Assembly: GCA_002780005.1 (NCBI GenBank)
Contig: PEWV01000013.1
Location: forward strand, 1 to 62,490
DNA from: Candidatus Aquitaenariimonas noxiae
GTDB taxonomy: Bacteria > Omnitrophota > Gorgyraeia > Aquitaenariimonadales > Aquitaenariimonadaceae
DNA length: 62,490 bases
Direction of reading: 5' to 3'
Each line of letters opens with the position of its first letter. The first letter of the stretch is position 1. The position numbers and the translations under genes are program-made. Of this stretch, positions 50,330-61,098 are shown in pieces. The notes beneath the pieces were generated by a model. The model was not told where the DNA came from. It made no database searches and worked only from the letters and a program-made list of their open reading frames with translations.

Positions 50330-50773
50330 ATGAAAGTTATCTTAATAAAAGATATTGAAAATTTGGGTGTGGTCGGCGATGTGATAAACGTTTCCGACGG
50401 TTATGCCAGGAATTTCCTTATTCCCAGAGGGTACGCGAAGAACGCCACCCCTTCAAATTTAAAAACCGTTGAAGAGGAAAAAAGGAAAGCCCTTCGCCTC
50501 AAGGAAAAGGAAAAAGAAGGAATACTCTTATTGGCCGAGAAAATATCCAATAGTTCTTTTACTATCCCCATGCGCGCCGGCGAAGAAGATAAGCTCTTCG
50601 GCGCCGTTACAACAGAGATGATAGCAAAAGCTTGCGAAGCCGAAGGCATAAAGGTGGATAAGCATAATATCCAAATCGACGAGCCGATCAAGAAGCTTGG
50701 CGTATACCAGGTGAAGATAAAGCTGCATCCCGAAGTGAACGCCACATTGAAACTCTGGGTCGTGAAGGAATAA
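50330..50773 (+). CDS. rplI: 50S ribosomal protein bL9
   Basis: MKVIL, GYARNFLIP, KLFGAVT, LHPEV. Confidence 0.97.
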   Translation: MKVILIKDIENLGVVGDVINVSDGYARNFLIPRGYAKNATPSNLKTVEEEKRKALRLKEKEKEGILLLAEKISNSSFTIPMRAGEEDKLFGAVTTEMIAKACEAEGIKVDKHNIQIDEPIKKLGVYQVKIKLHPEVNATLKLWVVKE

Positions 50774-50796
50774 AAAGAGCCGAAAAAGGAATAAAA

Positions 50797-52146
50797 ATGG
50801 CAACTGCTTCCGTAGAGAACACAGAAAAAATTCCTCCGCAAAGCACAGAGGCGGAAACAGCCGTCTTAGGTTCCATGCTTATTGAGGAAGAGGCGATAGC
50901 CAAGGCGATAGAATTATTGGATGAGAATTGTTTTTATAAAGATGCTAATAAAAAAATATTTTCGTCTATTCTATCCCTCTATGAAGAACGCAAAGCGGTA
51001 GATCTCATTACATTAATAGATAAACTGAAAAAAGACAATATATTAGACGAAATCGGTGGGTCGTCGTATCTTACGTCTCTTACAACGGCAGTGCCTACGG
51101 CGGCCAATATAACCCACTATGCTAAGATAGTAAAAGAAAAAAGCCTCCTCAGGAATTTAATAAACACAGCTACGCAGATAGTTACTGAAAGTTATGAAAA
51201 TCAAGGCGAGATAGACAATCTTCTGGATAAGGCAGAGCGCCTTATCTTTGATATAACGAACGATAAGGTAGAAACCAAGTTCGTTCCGCTTAAAGAAATT
51301 ATAAAAGACAGCATAGAAGTCATAGACTCCTTGTACCAGAGAAAAGAGAATGTTACGGGTATCCCTACGGGTTATCACGATCTTGATGTTATGACGGCTG
51401 GGCTTCAGTCATCGGACCTGATAATAATAGCCGGCAGGCCCTCAATGGGTAAAAGTGCTTTTGTCACCTGCATAGCGGAACATATAGGGATCATTGAAAA
51501 AATCCCTGTAGCTTTTTTTAGTTTGGAAATGTCCAAAGAACAGCTTGTTCAAAGGATGCTTTGTTCTCACGCGAGGGTCGACGCGCATAAGGTAAGAACA
51601 GGTTTTTTATCTCAGAGCGATTGGCCGCGTCTTACAAATGCCGCCGGCAAGCTTTCCGAGGCGCCCATATTTATAGATGATAGCCCCGGACTTTCGGTAT
51701 TGGAGTTGAGGGCTAAGGCGCGACGCCTTAAATCTCAGCATGATATAAGACTTGTAGTTGTAGACTATATGCAGCTGATGCAGGGTCCGCCCCGCTCCGA
51801 AAGCAGGCAGCAGGAAATTTCGGAGATATCCCGTTCGTTGAAGGCGTTGGCAAGGGAGTTGAACGTCCCGCTAATAGGCGTAAGCCAATTGTCCCGCGCC
51901 GTAGAACAAAGATCCGACCATAGGCCGCAACTTTCGGATTTAAGGGAATCCGGAGCCATAGAGCAAGACGCAGATCTGGTAATGCTTCTTTTAAGAGAGG
52001 AATACTATACGCCTTCAGAGGAAAATAAAGGGTTAGCCGAAGTTATAATCGCTAAACAAAGAAACGGACCAACAGGCAATATAAAGCTCACATTTATTTC
52101 GGAATACGCGAGATTTGAGTCTATTGCCAAAAGGAGCGTATTATGA
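50797..52146 (+). CDS. dnaB: Replicative DNA helicase (no intein)
   Basis: GRPSMGKS, FSLEM, DYMQLM, DLRESGAIEQDAD, KQRNGP. Confidence 0.99.
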   Translation: MATASVENTEKIPPQSTEAETAVLGSMLIEEEAIAKAIELLDENCFYKDANKKIFSSILSLYEERKAVDLITLIDKLKKDNILDEIGGSSYLTSLTTAVPTAANITHYAKIVKEKSLLRNLINTATQIVTESYENQGEIDNLLDKAERLIFDITNDKVETKFVPLKEIIKDSIEVIDSLYQRKENVTGIPTGYHDLDVMTAGLQSSDLIIIAGRPSMGKSAFVTCIAEHIGIIEKIPVAFFSLEMSKEQLVQRMLCSHARVDAHKVRTGFLSQSDWPRLTNAAGKLSEAPIFIDDSPGLSVLELRAKARRLKSQHDIRLVVVDYMQLMQGPPRSESRQQEISEISRSLKALARELNVPLIGVSQLSRAVEQRSDHRPQLSDLRESGAIEQDADLVMLLLREEYYTPSEENKGLAEVIIAKQRNGPTGNIKLTFISEYARFESIAKRSVL

Positions 52147-54644
52147 AGAGAGGTCTTTTTATTTTTCTTATTATGAGTTTAATTTTAATATACTCGGATT
52201 GCAAGGGTTTTTCTCAGGATGAAGAAGCCGCAACCGCAGGATCAGCGAACGCTGATAGCGCGAATAAGGAAGAGACCTCCGTTACCAATGAAGCCGCGAC
52301 TAAAGAAGAAACCCCAACGCCTGAAGAGATAACCCCGCAGGAAAACGCCGCAACCGCGCCGGAAGCTTCTGTTGGCGAAGAAAAGCCTGTAGCGGAAACC
52401 GTACCTGCCGACACGCTTCCCGAGAAAGAAAAATTGGTCAAAATCATACGCGTCAAGGGGAATAAAGTCATAAGCACGGCTTCCGTGCTCTCAAAAATCA
52501 AATCAAAACCGGCCGAAAAATTTTCTTCCGAAATATTGAACGACGATTTAAAACGGTTGTATACATTAGGATATTTTACAGACGTCGCTATCGATATAGA
52601 AAACGCCCAGGACGGTGTCATAATAACGTTTGTTGTGGAAGAAAGGCCGTTGGTCTCAAAGATAGAATTCAAAGGAAATAAATTTGTCAGGACCGCGAAC
52701 CTCCAGAAATTGATGAAAATAAAAGAAGGAGAATTGCTGAATTATACGCAACTGAACGAAGACATGCAGGAAATGAAGAAATTTTATGAAAAAAAGGGTT
52801 TTCCGGCGACAGACATAAAATACGAAACGGCTGTGGATGAAAAAACGAACGAGACAAAGCTCGTCATAAATATAGAAGAAAAGGCTAAGTTGAGGATAAA
52901 GGACATCAAGGTAGAGGGCAATAAGGCGTTTCCCACAAAGAGGCTCCTCAACACCATAAGCACAAAAAAGGGCAATCTTTTCAGATCGGGCTATCTTAAA
53001 GAAGAAGAATTTGAAGAGGATATAAAAAAGATAAAAGACCTTTATAATAACTCGGGATATCTTGACGCCGAAATCACGCCCGAAAGAAGCTATAGTGATG
53101 ACGGTAAATTTCTCTTTATTACCATAAAGATCAATGAGGGCAAGAAATATCTTGTCGGTAGTGTTTCTATGAAGGGAAACATGCTTTTTCCTGAGCAAGA
53201 GATACGCGAAAAACTGGGCATGGTCAAAGATTCTCCCTTCAGCCATCAGGGATTAAGGAATGATATTTTTGGCATACAGCAATATTATTATCATAAGGGC
53301 TATATGTTCGCTCAAATAGATGCGGAGACTATTTTCAACGAATCTACAGGCATGGTCGATATAGTGTACAAGATCGTCGAGAACGAGCTTACCTATGTCG
53401 ATAAAATTAAAATAAAGGGAAACACCAAGACCAAAGATGTGGTGATAAGAAGAGAGCTTAGGGTATATCCAGGCGAACGTTTCGACGGCGATAAAATAAG
53501 AAGAAGCAAGGAAAGGCTTTATAATTTAGGTTTTTTTGAAGAAGTGAACTTTGATACCGAGCCTTCGGAACAACCGAACAAGCAGAACCTCTTAGTCGAG
53601 GTTAAGGAAGCAAAAACAGGCGAATTTAGTTTTGGCGCGGGATATAGTTCGATCGATCAAGTAATAGGTTTTGTAGAAATAGTACAGAAAAACTTCGATT
53701 TAATGAATGTACCCGATTTTACGGGTGACGGCCAGAGGCTCAGAATGAAGGCTCAACTCGGAACGGTCAGAAGGGATTACGAGATCGGATGGCTGGAGCC
53801 ATGGATATTCGATTACCCTCTTGCGTTTGGGACCGATGTGTACCAAAGGACCCACCAGAGGACCAGTAAGTCAGGGTATGGATTTGATGAAACGCGAAGA
53901 GGATTTGATCTGACCCTCGGAAAGGAGTTTACGGAATATACGAAGGGCGATCTCATCTATAAATTCGAAGACGTAAGGATTTCAGACGTCCCTTCGGAAT
54001 CTTCAGTCGACCTTAAAAGCGAGGAAGGAACAAATACCCTTAGTACGGCCGAATTCGCCTTGACGCACGATATGCGGGATAATGTATATAATCCTACCAA
54101 AGGTTATTTGTTAAGAGGTTCGATCGAGAACGCCGGAGGGGTTTTAGGGGCAGACAAGGACTTTTTGAAATATATAGGCATGGGAAGTATATATTTTACT
54201 CATTTTACAAAGCTTCTTTTAGAATTAAGAACAACGGCGGCCGTTGCCAACGCGTACGGAAACACGGCAAAAGTCCCGATATATGAGCGGTACTACGCCG
54301 GAGGCACCAACACGATAAGGGGTTATAGAGAAAGAGGCGTAGGCCCGAAGGATCTTTTATCGGGCGATGCAATAGGAGGAAATGCCCTGCTTGTCGCTAC
54401 GGCAGAATATACCTTCCCTGTAATAACGGATGTTATAAAAGGAGCGGTCTTTTACGATATCGGAAACGTGTGGGAGAAGATGAGCGATTTCGGAACGGGC
54501 GGTTATAAATCCGGAGCAGGTTTAGGCGTAAGGGTAAAAACGCCCATAGGCCCGGTTAAAGTGGACTATGGTTATCCGCTTAACGATATCCCCGGAGATA
54601 AGAAAAAAGGGAAAATTTATTTCACTATAAGTCAAGGGTTCTAA
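52143..54644 (+). CDS. bamA: Outer membrane protein assembly factor BamA
   Basis: POTRA repeats, GNTKTKDVVIRRE, IRGY motif, C-terminal F. Confidence 0.96.
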   Translation: MKRGLFIFLIMSLILIYSDCKGFSQDEEAATAGSANADSANKEETSVTNEAATKEETPTPEEITPQENAATAPEASVGEEKPVAETVPADTLPEKEKLVKIIRVKGNKVISTASVLSKIKSKPAEKFSSEILNDDLKRLYTLGYFTDVAIDIENAQDGVIITFVVEERPLVSKIEFKGNKFVRTANLQKLMKIKEGELLNYTQLNEDMQEMKKFYEKKGFPATDIKYETAVDEKTNETKLVINIEEKAKLRIKDIKVEGNKAFPTKRLLNTISTKKGNLFRSGYLKEEEFEEDIKKIKDLYNNSGYLDAEITPERSYSDDGKFLFITIKINEGKKYLVGSVSMKGNMLFPEQEIREKLGMVKDSPFSHQGLRNDIFGIQQYYYHKGYMFAQIDAETIFNESTGMVDIVYKIVENELTYVDKIKIKGNTKTKDVVIRRELRVYPGERFDGDKIRRSKERLYNLGFFEEVNFDTEPSEQPNKQNLLVEVKEAKTGEFSFGAGYSSIDQVIGFVEIVQKNFDLMNVPDFTGDGQRLRMKAQLGTVRRDYEIGWLEPWIFDYPLAFGTDVYQRTHQRTSKSGYGFDETRRGFDLTLGKEFTEYTKGDLIYKFEDVRISDVPSESSVDLKSEEGTNTLSTAEFALTHDMRDNVYNPTKGYLLRGSIENAGGVLGADKDFLKYIGMGSIYFTHFTKLLLELRTTAAVANAYGNTAKVPIYERYYAGGTNTIRGYRERGVGPKDLLSGDAIGGNALLVATAEYTFPVITDVIKGAVFYDIGNVWEKMSDFGTGGYKSGAGLGVRVKTPIGPVKVDYGYPLNDIPGDKKKGKIYFTISQGF

Positions 54645-54671
54645 GACTTAAAAAAAGAAAAGGAGGAGAAA

Positions 54672-55187
54672 ATGGTTAAAAAAATATTTGTGACATTATT
54701 GTTAGGGCTATTTTTATGCGGAAGTTTTGCCCCCATAGCCCAAGCTAAGGAGCTCAAGTTAGGCTATGTGGACATGCAGAGGATATTTACGGAATACTCC
54801 AGAACAAAAACCTCTGAAGCCAAGCTCGAGACTGAAGGTAAGGCTAAGAGTGATGAAAGGGAAAAGATGGTAGCGGTTGTAAGACGCCTAAAAGACGAAA
54901 TGGAGCTTTTGAGCGATAAAGGCAAAGAAGAGAAACAAGCGCAGATAGACGCGAAAATAAAAGAACTCCAGGAGTTTGACAGGGTTGCTAGGAACCAGCT
55001 TGGCCAGCAAAGAGAAAATATGATCAGGGATATCTCAAAGGATATAGAAAAGGTCATTACAGAATACGGTAAAAAAGAAGGCTATGACCTGATATTCGGC
55101 AAACAATTATTGCTTTTCCAGACAGAGACCCTTGACATAACCGAAGCTATACTGAAGACACTTAACGCGAACGCCCCGAAACAATAA
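54672..55187 (+). CDS. skp: Skp/OmpH periplasmic chaperone
   Basis: Signal peptide, KLGYVD, coiled coil, GYDLIF, DIT. Confidence 0.93.
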   Translation: MVKKIFVTLLLGLFLCGSFAPIAQAKELKLGYVDMQRIFTEYSRTKTSEAKLETEGKAKSDEREKMVAVVRRLKDEMELLSDKGKEEKQAQIDAKIKELQEFDRVARNQLGQQRENMIRDISKDIEKVITEYGKKEGYDLIFGKQLLLFQTETLDITEAILKTLNANAPKQ

Positions 55188-55221
55188 ACACGGCCGTTTC
55201 GCCCGTCAAAAAATAGGAACA

Positions 55222-56286
55222 ATGAAAAAAACAGTTAAGGAAATCGCCGAACTTATAAACGGAGAAGTCGTCGGCGATAAAAATATCGTTATAACAGGGA
55301 TCTCAGGCATAAAAGAGGCTAAAGAGGGGGATATCACGTTTTTAGCGAACCCGAAGTACGCCCCTCTTATGGAGACTACAAAGGCGTCCTGTATAATAGC
55401 TCCCAAGGATGTAGAGCCTAAAGGGAAGGCTACCTTGATAAAGGCAGACAACCCAGATCTGGGATTTGCAAAAGTAGTTTCGCTTCTTTCCCCGCTTGGG
55501 CCTGTCCCGGTAAAGGGAATCAGCAGCCTGGCTTCTATCAGTAAAAATGCCAAACTCGGGAAAAATGTCTCCGTGGGGCCTTTTGCTGTTGTAGAAGACG
55601 ATGCGGAAATAGGCGACAATACGATCATTTATGCCGGAGCATATATAGGCAATAACGCGAAAATAGGCAAAAGCACGATCCTTTATCCCCACGTTTCTAT
55701 CAGAGAAAAATGCGTGATCGGCGATTCTGTTATAATGCACAGCGGTGTGGTGATAGGCAGCGACGGCTTTGGGTTCGCCACTGTCGCGGGCGTGCATCAT
55801 AAAATTCCGCAAATAGGAATAGTGATCGTAGAAGATAATGTTGAGATAGGTGCCAATGTAACTATAGACAGGGCAAGATTCGGCAAAACCGTCATAGGTA
55901 AAGGCACAAAGATAGATAATCTTGTCCAGATAGCCCATAACGTCGTAATAGGGGAGAATTCGATAATAGTGGCCCAAGCCGGCATATCAGGATCGACAAC
56001 CATAGGTAAAAATGTTATCATGGCCGGCCAATCAGGCATAGTGGGGCATGTCGAGATCGGAGACAACACAATAATAGCGGCTCAGTCCGGCATCTCGAAA
56101 TCGCTCGATAAAAATATCTTTGTGATAGGCTCTCCTGCGAGACCTCAAAATATATGGAAGAGGATAAACGCGTCCATGGGACATTTACCGGAATTATTAA
56201 AAACGGTCAGCAAATTAAGTAAAAAAGTCAAAGTTCTTGAGGAGAAGGTGTATGGAAAAACAGAAGACAATAAAGAACGAAGTTAA
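55222..56286 (+). CDS. lpxD: UDP-3-O-acylglucosamine N-acyltransferase
   Basis: [33 protein letters not shown]. Confidence 0.98.
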   Translation: MKKTVKEIAELINGEVVGDKNIVITGISGIKEAKEGDITFLANPKYAPLMETTKASCIIAPKDVEPKGKATLIKADNPDLGFAKVVSLLSPLGPVPVKGISSLASISKNAKLGKNVSVGPFAVVEDDAEIGDNTIIYAGAYIGNNAKIGKSTILYPHVSIREKCVIGDSVIMHSGVVIGSDGFGFATVAGVHHKIPQIGIVIVEDNVEIGANVTIDRARFGKTVIGKGTKIDNLVQIAHNVVIGENSIIVAQAGISGSTTIGKNVIMAGQSGIVGHVEIGDNTIIAAQSGISKSLDKNIFVIGSPARPQNIWKRINASMGHLPELLKTVSKLSKKVKVLEEKVYGKTEDNKERS

Positions 56287-57574
56287 TTTTAGTGGCATAA
56301 GCCTTCACAACGGTAAGGTAGTGCACGTTACCATAAAGCCGGCTCTCCCGAATAGCGGCATAAATTTTGTAAGAACCGACCTATCGGAACGCCCGGTCCT
56401 TAATGTCGAGACGAGTAAAATAGCCGATTTACACCTGACTCCCAGGCGCACTTCAATAGCCCGCGGTGAGGTCGAAGTCCAAACCATAGAGCATATTATG
56501 GCCTCTTTATCCAGTATGGGCGTTGATAATATAAGGATAGAGCTGGACAGCGACGAATTGCCGGGGCTCGACGGGAGTGCGATACAATTTTGGGACATTT
56601 TAAAAAAGGCGGAAGTTATCGAACAAGACGCGACGAAAAAACATTTTGATGTCAAAGAACCCCTGTGGTGTACCGACGGAGAAGCGTTCATAATGGCCCT
56701 GCCGAGTTCAAAATTCGAGGTCTCTTATACGTTAAGCTATAATCACCCCCTTCTTCAGTCTCAATATCTAAAGGTAGTCCTTAACGGAGATCAGCTAGTG
56801 TTCGAGAAAGAGATCGCTCCGGCACGGACATTCTGCATGGAAAGAGAAGTTAAACCCTTAAGAGAAATGGGCCTTGGCAAGGGCGCTGACTATGACAATA
56901 CGCTTGTCGTAGGCAACAGGCGCGTGATAAAAAATAGAGTGCGATTTCCCGACGAGTTCGTAAGGCATAAAATCCTTGACCTGATAGGTGACATGTACCT
57001 TTTAGGATGCCCGCTTCGGGGACATATAATAGCTATAAAAAGCGGACACGCCTTGAACGTAAAACTTATTTCAAAACTAAGACAACAGCGCGCGAAATTT
57101 TTGGAACCCGGCATAAAAGCCCCAGATGTCCAGATAGGCCTGGGCGAACTTGATACGAGCATGATCCAAAAGATCTTACCGCACAGGTATCCGTTCTTGT
57201 TGGTAGATAAAGTGATCGAGCTCGTCAGGGACAAACGAGCCGTAGGTATAAAGAATGTCACTATGAATGAAAATTATTTTACAGGGCACTTCCCCGGCAG
57301 GCCGATCATGCCAGGGGTGTTAATAATCGAAGCAATGGCCCAGACAGCAGGCGTACTTTTATTGAGCAAGGAAGAAAATATGGGAAGGCTCGCCTTCTTT
57401 TTGGGAATAAAGGACGCTAGATTCAGAAATCCTGTCGTACCCGGCGACCAACTGATCTTGGAAATCGATGTCATAAGGATGAAGTCGAAGACCGGGCAAG
57501 TCAAAGGTGTGGGAAAGGTAAAAGATAAAGTTGTTTGCGAAGCGGAATTAATGTTTATTCTTGTCGAAGGATAA
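56252..57574 (+). CDS. lpxC-fabZ: Bifunctional LpxC / FabZ
   Basis: QKTI, TIEH, DGSA, APARTF, RHKILD, then [26 protein letters not shown]. Confidence 0.96.
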   Translation: MEKQKTIKNEVNFSGISLHNGKVVHVTIKPALPNSGINFVRTDLSERPVLNVETSKIADLHLTPRRTSIARGEVEVQTIEHIMASLSSMGVDNIRIELDSDELPGLDGSAIQFWDILKKAEVIEQDATKKHFDVKEPLWCTDGEAFIMALPSSKFEVSYTLSYNHPLLQSQYLKVVLNGDQLVFEKEIAPARTFCMEREVKPLREMGLGKGADYDNTLVVGNRRVIKNRVRFPDEFVRHKILDLIGDMYLLGCPLRGHIIAIKSGHALNVKLISKLRQQRAKFLEPGIKAPDVQIGLGELDTSMIQKILPHRYPFLLVDKVIELVRDKRAVGIKNVTMNENYFTGHFPGRPIMPGVLIIEAMAQTAGVLLLSKEENMGRLAFFLGIKDARFRNPVVPGDQLILEIDVIRMKSKTGQVKGVGKVKDKVVCEAELMFILVEG

Positions 57575-57601
57575 GGGTTTAAAAAATAGGTTATTTGTAG
57601 C

Positions 57602-58372
57602 ATGAAAATCCACCCCACGGCGATAGTTCATAAGAACGCGAAATTGGCCGACGATGTTGAAGTCGGCCCTTATTCTATTATAGAAGAGAATGCCTCTATC
57701 GACAGCGGTACGATCGTGGGTAATCATTGTTTTATAGGTTCATTTACGACAATCGGTAAAAACAACAGGATATTCACGGGTGCGGTAGTGGGCAGTATAA
57801 GCCAGGATCTAAAGTTCAAAGGCGACGAGTCATTTCTCCAGATAGGTGACGAGAACTTGATCCGGGAATACGTGACGATGAATAGGAGCTCAGAAAAAGG
57901 CAAGAAAACCGTCGTCGGGAATAACAATCTTTTTATGGCGTATGCCCATATCGGCCACGACAGCGTTATTGGCAACGGCACAATTATTGCGAATTGCGGC
58001 ACCTTGGGCGGCTATGTGACGATCGAAAATAAAGCTATAATGGGAGGCTTAAGCGGAGCGCACCAGTTCACTAAGATCGGCAGGCTTGCCATTATCGGAG
58101 GATGCTCCAAGGTAGTCCAGGACATTCCTCCTTACTGCATGGCTGACGGCCACCCTGCGGCTGTAAGGGGCATAAATCTCGTGGGCTTAAGAAGGGCTGA
58201 ATTCCCGTCGGCAAAGATCGAGGCGATAAGAAAAGCCATAAAACTATTATTTTTCTCGAAGCTTACCATAAAAAGCGCTGTTGAAAAAATCATATCCGAT
58301 ATCCCCCCCTCTCTAGAAATAAATAATATCATAGATTTTATAAAAAGCTCAAAAAGAGGCCTTTCCAAATGA
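57602..58372 (+). CDS. lpxA: Acyl-ACP--UDP-GlcNAc acyltransferase
   Basis: IHPTAIV, QDLKF, IREYVT, AHIGHD, GINLVGLRR. Confidence 0.97.
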   Translation: MKIHPTAIVHKNAKLADDVEVGPYSIIEENASIDSGTIVGNHCFIGSFTTIGKNNRIFTGAVVGSISQDLKFKGDESFLQIGDENLIREYVTMNRSSEKGKKTVVGNNNLFMAYAHIGHDSVIGNGTIIANCGTLGGYVTIENKAIMGGLSGAHQFTKIGRLAIIGGCSKVVQDIPPYCMADGHPAAVRGINLVGLRRAEFPSAKIEAIRKAIKLLFFSKLTIKSAVEKIISDIPPSLEINNIIDFIKSSKRGLSK

Positions 58373-59172
58373 AGAAAATAGGCCTGATAGCCGGAGGCGG
58401 GAAATTTCCTATTATATTCGCGAAAGCCGCGCGCGAGAAAGGCGTCAGCATCGTAGCTGTCGCTTTTAAGGAAGAGACAAGTTTAGAGCTCGAGAAAGCC
58501 GTCGATAAGATCTACTGGATAAGCATAGCCGAATTAAAGAAGTTGATAGGCATATTTAAATCTGAAGGCGTAAAAAAGGCTGTAATGGCCGGCAGGGTAA
58601 CAAAGACCCGGCTTTTCAAAGATACTCCAAAACCCGATCCCGCCCTCGAGAGCCTGTTAAAGAACGTATCGGATAAAAGCGACATATCTCTTTTAAGAAG
58701 CGCGGCGCGGGTATTAAGATTTTTCGGCATTACTTTAATAGATTCGACTATTTTTTTAAAAGACATTCTTCCGGCAAAAGGGATCCTCACAAAAAGGGTG
58801 CCCACAAAAGAAGAATGGGATGATATAAAATTCGGTTTTTCTTTAGCCAAGGCCACAAGCAGGCTTGAGATAGGGCAGACCGTTGTCGTGAAGAATAAAG
58901 TGATCCTGGCGATAGAGGCTATAGAAGGAACGGATAAGGCTATACTAAGAGGTGGAGAACTCGGCAACGGAAGCGTCGTAATCGTAAAGACCGCAAGGCC
59001 GAACCAAGACAGAAGATTCGATATCCCGACGATAGGACCTGACACTATCAGGTCTTTGAAAGAGGCAGGCGGAAGCGTGCTTGCCATTGAGGCGAGAAGC
59101 ACGATATTTATAGATAAGGATGAGTGCGTAAGCCTGGCCGACTCGAATAATTTAAGCCTCGTGGTAGTTTAG
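58369..59172 (+). CDS. lpxI: UDP-2,3-diacylglucosamine diphosphatase LpxI
   Basis: IGLIAGGGKFP, IGQTVVV, AIEAIEGTD, QDRRFDIPTIG. Confidence 0.93.
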   Translation: MKKIGLIAGGGKFPIIFAKAAREKGVSIVAVAFKEETSLELEKAVDKIYWISIAELKKLIGIFKSEGVKKAVMAGRVTKTRLFKDTPKPDPALESLLKNVSDKSDISLLRSAARVLRFFGITLIDSTIFLKDILPAKGILTKRVPTKEEWDDIKFGFSLAKATSRLEIGQTVVVKNKVILAIEAIEGTDKAILRGGELGNGSVVIVKTARPNQDRRFDIPTIGPDTIRSLKEAGGSVLAIEARSTIFIDKDECVSLADSNNLSLVVV

Positions 59173-59181
59173 GAGGGATGA

Positions 59182-59961
59182 ATGACTGAAAAAGGATTAG
59201 CGATAAACGCGGCTTATGTAGAAAAAAAACTCACCGGATTCATAAAGAGGGAGTTTAAGAAAAAAAATTTTAAAAAAGCCGTTTTTGGACTATCCGGCGG
59301 AGTAGATTCGAGCTTGGTCGCATTCTTACTGGTCAAGGCGTTAGGCTCAAAAAACGTAACGGCGTTATTTATGCCTTATAGAACTACGGCCCAAGAAAGC
59401 AAGAGAGACTTCGACGCTATCGTAAAAATTTTAAAAATAAAACATAAAATAATCCCCATAACCTCTATGGTAGATTGCTACTTTAAAAAATTCCCGGAAG
59501 CCGACAAGGTCCGACGAGGGAATAAAATGGCCCGCGAAAGGATGTCTATTCTTTATGACCAGTCAAAAGTAGAAAACGCCCTGGTTATAGGAAGCGGCAA
59601 CAAAACAGAAATTCTTTTAGGTTACGCTACATTATTTGGGGATACCGCCTGTGCCATAAACCCTATAGGCAGTCTTTATAAAACTCAAATACGCCAACTC
59701 GCGCGTTGCATAGGTATGCCGGAGCGTATTATAAAAAAACCTCCGACAGCGGACCTTTGGCCTGGCCAGACAGACGAGTCGGAAATAGGCATTACATACG
59801 AAGAAGTCGACAAGATCCTTTATCTTGCCGTCGATAAAAAGTACAAACTTCCACGATTGGTAAAATTGGGATTCGGTAAAGATTCCATAGATAAGATATT
59901 GAAGAGAGTAGATAAGTTTAAGTATAAACGCGAACTTCCGGTAATAGGTAAGATAGATTAA
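59182..59961 (+). CDS. nadE: NH3-dependent NAD+ synthetase
   Basis: GLSGGVDS, GNKMARERM, NKTE, PPTADLWPGQTDE. Confidence 0.96.
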   Translation: MTEKGLAINAAYVEKKLTGFIKREFKKKNFKKAVFGLSGGVDSSLVAFLLVKALGSKNVTALFMPYRTTAQESKRDFDAIVKILKIKHKIIPITSMVDCYFKKFPEADKVRRGNKMARERMSILYDQSKVENALVIGSGNKTEILLGYATLFGDTACAINPIGSLYKTQIRQLARCIGMPERIIKKPPTADLWPGQTDESEIGITYEEVDKILYLAVDKKYKLPRLVKLGFGKDSIDKILKRVDKFKYKRELPVIGKID

Positions 59962-61094
59962 TTTTTAGAGATAAAATCCAAAACCGCAGCCGCTGCCCTT
60001 TCATTTGCCCCGCTCTCGCCGAGATTTGTCTTCACAGCATTAAGAGACCTCCTCATTTCATCTGCAGCTTTCGGATCTTTTAAGAGATTCAGTACCTCTT
60101 TGGCTATCAGGTCTGGTCTTGCGTCGTATTGCAAAAATTCAGGGACGACCATTTTCCCGGCTATCACATTTACAAGGCCTAGGTACGGCAGCCTTATAAT
60201 GATCTTCGTTATAAAGTAAGTCAGGAACGAAACCTTGTAAATTATTACCATAGGTTTTTGTAAAATGGCGGTTTCAAGGGTCGAGGTGCCGGACTTAACG
60301 ATGACCGCGTCCGCCACGCTTATAACGTCGTATGTTTTATTTTCTACGACGCGAATACCGGCTTTATTATCTTTTAAAACCTCGTCGAAGATGTCCATTT
60401 TTAAAGAGGGAAGCTTTGCCACCAGAAATTGCGTGTCAGGATATTCTTTTTTTATAAGTTCAGCGGCCTTCTTCACGATCGGGAGGAGCAGTTTTACCTC
60501 GAATTGCCTCGAGCCCGGCAGGATGGCTATTGTTTTTTTATTCGAGGTTAGGGAGAAATATTTATAAGCCTCTTCTCTTGAAAGATCGGGCTTTACTATG
60601 TCCAAAAGAGGGTGCCCTACGAACGCCACATCCATTCCGGCCTTCTTATAGAACTCCTCTTCAAATTTAAAAAAGACCACCATTTTATTTACCACTTTTT
60701 TTATAAGCTTGATCCGGCCTTTGCCCCAGGCCCAGACCTGTGGGCTTATGTAATACAAGAGAGGGATATTTCTTCTTTTAACTTGCTTCGCGAACCTTAA
60801 ATTAAAACCTGGATAATCTATCAAGATGACGCAATCGAACTTTTCCTCGTCCAACTTTTTTACTGTGTCGCTGAATATCTTTTTAAAAAATGAACATTTT
60901 TTCAATACTTCGAATAAACCCAATACCGCTACGGTGGCAAGGTTATAGTAGAGTTTTACGCCAGCTTCCTCCATCTTTTGCCCGCCCAGCCCGTAGAATT
61001 TGACATTTTTGGTTTTGGTTCTTATAGATCGGACCAGGTTTGCGCCATGTATATCGCCTGAGGCCTCACCGGCTATGATGAGTATCTTTTTCAT
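59958..61094 (-). CDS. lpxB: Lipid-A-disaccharide synthase
   Basis: AGEASGD, IDYPGFN, SPQVWAW, FVGHPL, LPGSR. Confidence 0.97.
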   Translation of the reverse strand: MKKILIIAGEASGDIHGANLVRSIRTKTKNVKFYGLGGQKMEEAGVKLYYNLATVAVLGLFEVLKKCSFFKKIFSDTVKKLDEEKFDCVILIDYPGFNLRFAKQVKRRNIPLLYYISPQVWAWGKGRIKLIKKVVNKMVVFFKFEEEFYKKAGMDVAFVGHPLLDIVKPDLSREEAYKYFSLTSNKKTIAILPGSRQFEVKLLLPIVKKAAELIKKEYPDTQFLVAKLPSLKMDIFDEVLKDNKAGIRVVENKTYDVISVADAVIVKSGTSTLETAILQKPMVIIYKVSFLTYFITKIIIRLPYLGLVNVIAGKMVVPEFLQYDARPDLIAKEVLNLLKDPKAADEMRRSLNAVKTNLGESGANERAAAAVLDFISKN

Positions 61095-61098
61095 TTTT